Part shown: piece by piece, positions 7,931 to 15,200 of the stretch | How positions within the stretch are numbered: the first letter of the stretch is position 1 | How the letters are laid out: each line of letters opens with the position of its first letter | DNA from: Clostridiales bacterium | GTDB taxonomy: Bacteria; Bacillota; Clostridia; Clostridiales; Clostridiaceae | Reading direction: 5' to 3' | NCBI GenBank assembly: GCA_017889345.1 | Contig: JAGHEJ010000072.1 | Location: 11,805-43,804, forward strand | Length of the DNA stretch: 32,000 nucleotides | Notes under the pieces: model-generated | What the model was told of the DNA's origin: nothing | The model's input: only the letters and a program-made list of their open reading frames with translations | Databases searched by the model: none | Position numbers and translations under genes: made by a program

Positions 7931-9280
7931 TTATGCTGTGGTTACATCCTTTATCCATTTGTTACCAAACATTCTAAATGTACACCATATAGATTTTATA
8001 ATTTCATCAGATTTCAAACAAATATATATAAGAGCTGGAGACAATTTAAGCCAAAATGCTGCAATCATTCCAAGAGGAATTGAAAGTATCCACAAAAATA
8101 TAACATCTGCTAACAATAAAAATTTTGTATCTCCACCACCTCTTAAAATACCTTTTGTTAAAACAACAGATGGCACTTGAAATATAACTATAAAAGCTGC
8201 TCCATCCATAAGTTTATACGCTATTTCTTTGGTTGTTTGTCCAACATTATAAAAATCAACTGCAATATGTTTAGTTAAACTTATGATAACTGCTGCTATA
8301 ATACCTGTTATAATAGATATAACTAAAAACTTCTTTGAAAGTTTTTTCGCTTTTTCAATATTTCCCTCTCCAATAGTATTACCAATAATAACAAGCCCAG
8401 AATTTCCAATTCCAGAAATTGTAATAGTTGAAAGCTGAATTACGATACTACAAATACTATTTGCAGCAATCATCTCAGGGCCAAGCCTACCGAGAATCAT
8501 AGTAAGACTTGTAAGACCTGCAACTAAGATAGCATCACTTATTAAAATATTAATCCCACTTTTCAAATATTGTTTAAATATTAATTTATCAAACTTAAAT
8601 AACTGACTAATTTTAAATTTAATTTTCTTATCTTTAAACAACAAATAACTTACCATTATAATACACTCAACAAATCTTGCAATAACTGTTGCAATTGCCG
8701 CCCCTCTAAGTCCAAGCTTTGGCATACCAAGATATCCAAAAATCAAAACCCAGTTAAAAAATACATTTAAAACAAAAGCTGCACAGTTTGCAATAACTGA
8801 AATTTTAATTTGAGATACGGTTCTAAATATTATTGCTATTCCTGTTGTTATACAAAATAATGGATACATAAGAGCAGCAGTTCTTAAATAAGAAATACCT
8901 TCATCTATTACACGTGCATCATTATTATAAAGTCTTAGTAATGTTCCAGGAATCATTATTGACAATAACATAACAATAATTCCCATTATAATATTTATCT
9001 TCAAAATTAAAGAAAGAGTCTTTGAAACGGATTCTTTATCATTTTTTCCCCAATATTGAGAAGTTAGAACCGCTCCTCCTCCACTAATTCCAAAACATAA
9101 AATCGTTGTTACAAAAAATATTTGACCTGATATTGAAACAGCAGATAATGGAATTTCTCCAAGTTGTCCAACCATTACCGTATCCATCATATTAATTGCA
9201 AAAGTTATCAAACTTTGAAGCGTTATAGGAACAGCAATCATTAAAACTCTTTTGTAAAAATCCTTATCTTTAATAAACAA
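7931..9280 (-). CDS. MATE-family multidrug/toxin efflux transporter
   Basis: The 449-aa polytopic membrane protein has an N-terminus typical of MATE transporters: FYKRVLMIAVPITLQSLITFAINMMDTVMVGQLGEIPLSAVSI. It uses a TTG start with a GGAGG RBS 9 nt upstream. Confidence 0.88.
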   Translation of the reverse strand: MFIKDKDFYKRVLMIAVPITLQSLITFAINMMDTVMVGQLGEIPLSAVSISGQIFFVTTILCFGISGGGAVLTSQYWGKNDKESVSKTLSLILKINIIMGIIVMLLSIMIPGTLLRLYNNDARVIDEGISYLRTAALMYPLFCITTGIAIIFRTVSQIKISVIANCAAFVLNVFFNWVLIFGYLGMPKLGLRGAAIATVIARFVECIIMVSYLLFKDKKIKFKISQLFKFDKLIFKQYLKSGINILISDAILVAGLTSLTMILGRLGPEMIAANSICSIVIQLSTITISGIGNSGLVIIGNTIGEGNIEKAKKLSKKFLVISIITGIIAAVIISLTKHIAVDFYNVGQTTKEIAYKLMDGAAFIVIFQVPSVVLTKGILRGGGDTKFLLLADVIFLWILSIPLGMIAAFWLKLSPALIYICLKSDEIIKSIWCTFRMFGNKWIKDVTTA

Positions 9281-9375
9281 ATTTTTCTACCTCCAATCAC
9301 ACATCATTTCTCTAATAGTTAAACTATTTTATCACAAAAATATATAACGTCCATAGATTTTCAATAGTAATTTTT

Positions 9376-9403
9376 TTGAGATTAGAGGCTTCTATGGTAA
9401 AAT
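9376..9403 (+). promoter_or_regulatory. Candidate sigma-A promoter (extended -10) for the CDF transporter gene
   Basis: TTGAGA (9376-9381), a 16-nt spacer, then TGgTAAAAT (9395-9403). The site lies about 44 nt upstream of ATG 9447. Confidence 0.45.
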
Positions 9404-9446
9404 ATAGTTACATCTAAATTATTTTCAAAAAAATTAAGGTGATAAC

Positions 9447-10352
9447 ATGGATTTATTAATCGAGCAAAAAGCATTAAAAATCGGTAACATACTAAATTTA
9501 ATCATGGCTATAGCAGGAGTTATTATTTTTATCCTTTCAAATTCAAAAGCAGTATTAATAGATGGATTATTTTCATTTATACAATTTATTTCAACAATCA
9601 TAGCTGTAAAAATTTCAAAAGATTTATCCAACTCAAGTGTGAAACAATATCCACTTGGTCAATACAGTAAAGAAACTCTTTACGTATTGTTTAGATCATT
9701 ATTTATAATAATTTTGCTTGGTGCATCTGTATTTTCTGGAATAGATACTATAATAACCTTTCTTAGAGACCCATCATTAATTCCTCCAATACATTTAGGA
9801 TCAATTATGATTAATGGCTTACTCTTATCAATTCTTTGTTTTGGCCTATCATTATTATACAAACATTTCAATAAAAAAATTGGTAATTGCTCCGACGTTT
9901 TAAAAGCTGAAGCAATGGGAGCAAATTTAGATGGTATCATAAGTGCTGGAACAGCAATCGCATTTGTATTATTTGAGGTTGTTCCATTTCTAAAACCACT
10001 CGTTCCAATATCCGATGCAATACTTTTATTATTATTATCTGGATTCTTTGCAATCCAACCAATGCAACTTTTAATAAATCAAATTAATATACTAAGCTAC
10101 AAAAGACTTCATCCAAAATTAGAGAATGAACTTTCCCTATCAATAAAAAATCAAATACCTTATCTAAATATCCACGATATATTTATTTCAAAACTCGGAA
10201 AATTCACAGAAGTATACATTACTTTGGGATTAGATGGAAAATTTTCTATAGATGAATTAGACAAACTACGTTATCAAATCAAAAACATTGTAAACTCCAA
10301 AATTAAAAACGCTCGAATACTAACAATATTTAGCAATTTGAGCAAAAAATAA
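9447..10352 (+). CDS. Cation diffusion facilitator (CDF)-like metal efflux transporter
   Basis: The 301-aa product has six predicted TM segments and a C-terminal cytoplasmic domain. It shows a CDF-like N-terminal pattern: ALKIGNILNLIMAIAGVIIFILSNSKAVLIDGLFSFIQFIS...YPLGQYSKETL. An AAGGTGA RBS is present. Confidence 0.65.
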   Translation: MDLLIEQKALKIGNILNLIMAIAGVIIFILSNSKAVLIDGLFSFIQFISTIIAVKISKDLSNSSVKQYPLGQYSKETLYVLFRSLFIIILLGASVFSGIDTIITFLRDPSLIPPIHLGSIMINGLLLSILCFGLSLLYKHFNKKIGNCSDVLKAEAMGANLDGIISAGTAIAFVLFEVVPFLKPLVPISDAILLLLLSGFFAIQPMQLLINQINILSYKRLHPKLENELSLSIKNQIPYLNIHDIFISKLGKFTEVYITLGLDGKFSIDELDKLRYQIKNIVNSKIKNARILTIFSNLSKK

Positions 10353-10378
10353 AGGAGTATGATTTTCCTCATACTCCT
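10353..10378. terminator. Hairpin terminator between convergent CDF and rubrerythrin genes
   Basis: A 10-bp stem (aggagtatga 10353-10362 / tcatactcct 10369-10378) is present. A T-run exists only in the minus-strand sense (TTATTTTTTGCT), so it mainly serves rbr. Confidence 0.5.
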
Positions 10379-10387
10379 AAATAAACT

Positions 10388-10978
10388 TTAATTTTTAAAA
10401 AATTCATCAAACAACATATAATATCCTTGAGGGTGTTGACAAACTGGACACATTTCTGGTGCTTCTTCTCCTTCATGAATATATCCACAATTTGTACAAA
10501 ACCACTTTACCTTGCTAGGTTTTTTGAAGAAAGTTCCTGACTTTAATTCTTCATGAATCTTCATAAATTTATCTGCATGAATTTTTTCAATTTCAGCAAT
10601 ATTATTAAATGCAGTTGATATTACATCAAACCCTTCTTCTTTTGCAACTTTTGCAAAATCTTTATAAATAACATCATGCTCCTCCATCTCATTATTATAA
10701 GAAGCATTTAAAAACTCCATTGTTGTTTTATAAAAATCAGCTGGATAATTTGCATTACTTACTGATATATGTTCACTTGCAAATTCTGATAAAAATTTAT
10801 AAAATATCTTAGCATGAGCAAGCTCTTGATTTGCTACAAATTTAAATACATTTTCAATAATTGGATATCCTTCTTTTCTCGCGACTTTAGCTGCAAAATC
10901 ATATCTGGTTCTTGCCTGACATTCACCAGAAAAAGCCTTCATTAAATTTTCTTTAGTTTTACTGTTAGATAAATTCAT
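10388..10978 (-). CDS. rbr: Rubrerythrin
   Basis: The di-iron four-helix motifs are present (ENLMKAFSGECQARTRY, NQELAHAKIF, NNEMEEHD, AEIEKIHADKF). The C-terminus has a rubredoxin-type CxxC...CxxC (CTNCGYIHEGEEAPEMCPVCQHP). I prefer ATG 10978, with a GGGAGGG RBS, over 10984. Confidence 0.92.
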   Translation of the reverse strand: MNLSNSKTKENLMKAFSGECQARTRYDFAAKVARKEGYPIIENVFKFVANQELAHAKIFYKFLSEFASEHISVSNANYPADFYKTTMEFLNASYNNEMEEHDVIYKDFAKVAKEEGFDVISTAFNNIAEIEKIHADKFMKIHEELKSGTFFKKPSKVKWFCTNCGYIHEGEEAPEMCPVCQHPQGYYMLFDEFFKN

Positions 10979-11120
10979 AATCATAACCCTCCCAATAAAT
11001 TTAAAATTTCTATATCTCTCTTTTTATATCCTTTACTAAAAATAAATCTTCATATATATTCACTGATATTTTTTTAACATCTTACTTTATTATAAACTAT
11101 TTTTTATAAATTATATATAC

Positions 11121-11161
11121 AAAATAAAAATACAGAGCCATTATATAAAATCAGCTCTGTA
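11121..11161 (-). terminator. Rho-independent terminator of zapA
   Basis: An 8-bp stem (tacagagc 11131-11138 / gctctgta 11154-11161) is followed on the minus strand by TTTTTATTTT. Confidence 0.5.
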
Positions 11162-11189
11162 TAAAATTCAATAATAGATTTGTCAAATT

Positions 11190-11720
11190 TTAAAAAGACT
11201 TAACAACATTTTTATTTTTAATTTCATTCTTCAACTTTAAATTCTCTTCATTCACCCTTTTTAAAGTATCCTTCAATATTTCAATTTCATTTTCAAGCTC
11301 TTGCATTTCATTATTTTCAGAAAAAATATTATCTTTATCCTCTTCAATCAAAAGATTATAAGCTTGAATTTCTTCTTCAAGTTTTTTATTTTGTAGTTCT
11401 ATCTCTTGATTCTTATTTTCAATATGTATAATTTCATTTTTAAGATTATTATTCTCATCTATAAGCTCTTGAATTTTGAAATTACATTTATCAATACTAT
11501 CATTCAAATCCATTTCTTTATTTTTTAGCTTTCTAATTTGATCACAATAGTTTATAGCTAATAAAACAGCTGAAGACTGCAACGTAAAATTTTTATTTGA
11601 ATTAAGCATTTCTCTAATCCGCTCATCTACTTCCCTTGCAATATCATTTAAATACTCCGTCGACTCTTCACCTTTTAACTTATACTCATTGCCATTTATA
11701 CTAATAGTTACGATATTCAT
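11190..11720 (-). CDS. zapA: Cell division protein ZapA with a long C-terminal coiled-coil extension
   Basis: The ZapA domain is MNIVTISINGNEYKLKGEESTEYLNDIAREVDERIREMLNSNKNFTLQSSAVLLAINYCDQI. About 100 aa of E/K/N/L/I heptad-like sequence follows. I prefer ATG 11720, directly after a GGAGGGAG RBS, over the track start at 11771. Confidence 0.8.
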   Translation of the reverse strand: MNIVTISINGNEYKLKGEESTEYLNDIAREVDERIREMLNSNKNFTLQSSAVLLAINYCDQIRKLKNKEMDLNDSIDKCNFKIQELIDENNNLKNEIIHIENKNQEIELQNKKLEEEIQAYNLLIEEDKDNIFSENNEMQELENEIEILKDTLKRVNEENLKLKNEIKNKNVVKSF

Positions 11721-11805
11721 AAGCTCCCTCCAAAATGTTTCTCTATTGCCATATTCTATATTATTTATCATATCACAAAAATTATTTAAAATAAAAAATA
11801 CAAAT

Positions 11806-11844
11806 TACAAAAATTAGCCACAAACCTTAAAGGTTAGTGGCTAA
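11806..11844 (-). terminator. Rho-independent terminator of the giant-protein operon
   Basis: The hairpin is ttagccac-a-aacct / aggtt-a-gtggctaa (11814-11844). On the minus strand TTTTTGTAATTTGT follows. It lies 15 nt after the stop at 11859. Confidence 0.55.
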
Positions 11845-11858
11845 AATCAATTAGTATT

Positions 11859-12262
11859 CTACCATAAAATTCCCATTTCTTCACATAAATTTTTAAATTC
11901 TTGCTCATAAAGCATTCGAGTTACAATTGCTTTTTGAGCTTCATAACTATCTCCATTTGCTTGCGGTAAATAAACCGTATTGTATTCATTAATCCAGAAT
12001 TCTAAGCCTTCTTGATCAGCTTCCCTATTAACTACAATTTGATATAAAACTTTTATAAGCTCTTCATCTGGTAAATTCCTATCAGAAAATTCTCTCTCTG
12101 CAAACATCAAATTATACAACACATACTTACCTGTAATATCTTTTTTCTCCATAAGTTTTTCAAGCCAATAACTATAACCATTTTCATCTGGATATCTTTC
12201 AAAAGCAAATATATAAATATTGGTTACAAATTCTTCTAAAAGGGTTTCTGGTTCTATTAAAA
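11859..12262 (-). repeat. Conserved C-terminal domain, copy 1 (paralogous to 17943-18340)
   Basis: EPETLLEEFVTNIYIFAFERYPDENGYSYW...DEELIKVLYQIVVNRE...CEEMGILW aligns end to end with the C-terminus of the other giant protein. The nucleotide similarity is visible, for example caatttgatataaaacttttat here against caatttgatacaaaacttttat in the other copy. Confidence 0.8.
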
Positions 12263-15200
12263 CATCATTAACCATCAATACAACATTCTCACCATCAATC
12301 GTATCTGCATTTATAACAATTGAATCATATTCTTTTCCCGGTACAAGATTAGTAACCATAAAGTATTCTCCACCTTCTACCTCTTCCACATTCAATCCAT
12401 CTGGCGTAACTTTAATTGACCTACTATAATCTATATCTATACCTTCATTACTTATAATTATTCCCCTATTAGTCGCTTTCTCTTTAACAGAAAGTTTTAT
12501 CGCATCACCAATTTCTCCAGTTGTAAACTCTATTTCAAATGGATCATAATTATTTTCTTGTGTAATCAGTAAAAACTTCAATTTATAATCACCTTGAGGT
12601 ATATCCTCTAAAATAATTTCAGTTACCTCTTCAAGATTACCGTCTTTACCATGAACATACCTAAATATAGGATCTTTATCATAAGATGAAGCATAAGCAT
12701 CTTTTAAATAAATATCCAATCTATCATCATTTTCTAATACTAAATTACTTGGATACTCCCAACTAATTAAAACACCTTCATCTGTATCCTCAACATATAA
12801 TCCTATTGTTCCAAATTTAATTTCTGCAAATGCCTCATAATCCTCTATTAAATACGACAATAAAATATCAAAACTATCCATATCAGAATCTACAGAAAAA
12901 GATGTAGTTCTAATTTCTGATAAATTCGAAATATGTTCTACTGCTGGTTTTGAAAAATCATATTCTGCTTCATCAGGTCCTTTAATAAATACTGCAAGAT
13001 TATCATAATTATCTATAAATTCTAATCCTTCTTTATCTAATCTCCAACCAATTGCAATATTATTACCTGAAACACCTTTAACATTTAAATCTTGAATCTC
13101 AAATCCAGTAGTTCTAAATGAAACAGAATTAGATGGAATTTGGACCTCAAGTAAATTTAACTCTAATTTTACGTCGTACTCCGTATCTGGAACTAATGCT
13201 GATAATTCAATAAGATTTATATTTGATAAGTCCAACTCATCACTTTGAATAAGTTCAAGATCTGGTGTTTCTAAAAAATCTTCCTCATCTTTATACTTAA
13301 TAAATATTTTTACACTTTCTCCATCTATTAAAGTATAATTCGATGGGTATTTCCATTCTATCTGAGCTGTCATTGGATTAAATTCCTTAACTGCAACATT
13401 AATGTCATCAACTTTACTAGTAAAATCAATCACCTTTTCAAAATTAACTCCACCTATTGTAACAACTACTTTTAAATCATACTCTGTATTAAGTTCATCA
13501 AAATAGGCAGATACAGATTGTTCCTCATTAAGCGCACTTGATAACGACTCACCATTCGGTTCTTTAGGATAATTTTCCTCTGTTTTCTTTTTAATATAAA
13601 CCTTACAAGCGTCATCATTGCTATATATAATATTCTCAGAATCTAATCTTATTCCTACCTTAACTACATGATCCATAACCTCAAGTACTTTTGCTTCTTG
13701 GATACCACTAATCTCATTAGTTTTAAATGTTATTTCTTTTTCTATTTTATGTGAATTACCACCATCTGGCCATAATACTACCTTAGCTTTATACTCTCCT
13801 CCTGGCGCTAATCCAAATATGTCTAATAATGTTATCTCATTTAAATCTACTTGACCTTCTTCATCCCCATGTATAGCGGAAAAATTGGGATTAGCATTAT
13901 AATTTTCTGATTTATATGGTTTTATATATATATCAAGAATATCTCCCTTAACTTTTTCATATCCTTCTGGATAAATAATTTCAAGTTTTACACCCATTAC
14001 ATTTGTATCTACTACACTAGCATTGAACTTAACAAGCTCGGGCTTTCCTACTACATCTCGATAAACAGGATTCCCACTATTATTATTAAATGTGTATTTT
14101 ACTCTAAATACATACTCTTTATTTACATCAAGGTTAGTAACTGTATATGTTGTTATATCTTTTATATCTCCTACCTTTTCAAATACTGCTTTTACGTCGT
14201 TAAAATCTCCATTATTCCCATTAGATTTCTCTTTAACAAAAATTTCTAACTTATCCGAACTACCTAATTCTACACCATTATTATAATTGTTCCATTTTAA
14301 ATTAACAGAAGAAGAGTTTATTGCCATACTTTCAAGACTTAATATTTGAAGACCACTTTTACAAACAAAAGTATATTCTTTATGAATTAAATCGGCCTTT
14401 TCAGGTTTAAAGTCTAAAGATAATATATAATCTTTATTCGTTGTTAAATTTGTAAATTCATGCTCAACAAAACTCTCTAATTCTCCTTTTCCACTTTTAG
14501 TAACTGTTATAGCATCACCACTTCCATCTTTAGGTTTTACCGATACATCTAATCTATCACCGTTATATATGCTATACCCTTCAGGATAAGACCATTTAAC
14601 TTTAATAGAATTATCTGTTATTGATTCCATTATAAAATCCATCTTACCTAAATCCATAGAAAAACTTACATATCCAGGCTCTTCAATAAGTCCCATAACA
14701 TATACTACCTTTACATCATAAGACTTATTATAGCTCCAAACATAAAGTTCTACTTCAGATAAATGTTCTAACTCATCTTTCAAGTGGTGTACAGATACTC
14801 TTGGTGCTGCAGAATATTCTGAAGCCTGTTTATCTTTAAGATATACTTCTACTTTATCTCCATATCTATACTTATAACTTTTATCCGATAAATCCCATTT
14901 AACTTTAACCTTTAATCCTCCAAGCTTCTCTACTCGAAAATTTTGTAATCCAAGCTTCTTTGTTTTAAATGGTATTTCTATAACTTGTTTTACATCTTCT
15001 TTTACTCCAGCTACTTCCCTTTCTCCTACTTTAAACTCTATTTTAGCTATATAATCCGTATTTGATTGAAGATTTGAGAATACATAGGAAGTATTACTAA
15101 GAAAACCATTGTATTTATTATCAAGATAAAAAACCTCTTTATATTCCATATCATTTGATTTTTTATAATAAACTTTTAATCTATGTTGATTCGTAACTAC

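Noticed and set aside
7854-9940. ORFs 7854-8180 (+), 9434-9631 (-) and 9680-9940 (-)
   Set aside because: They are antisense to the GT51/MATE genes and to the CDF gene. They span gene boundaries and lack translation signals.
10985-11120. Possible PerR/Fur-type box (TATAAT-T-TATAAAA-like palindromic AT motifs) upstream of rubrerythrin
   Set aside because: The match to TTATAATNATTATAA is only partial. In DNA this AT-rich, such near-matches are expected by chance. It would need a PWM scan against the genome background or PerR footprinting.
11721-11771. Longer zapA start (MINNIEYGNRETFWREL...)
   Set aside because: The internal ATG at 11720 sits directly after a GGAGGGAG RBS and begins the conserved ZapA N-terminus. 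The extension has no RBS.
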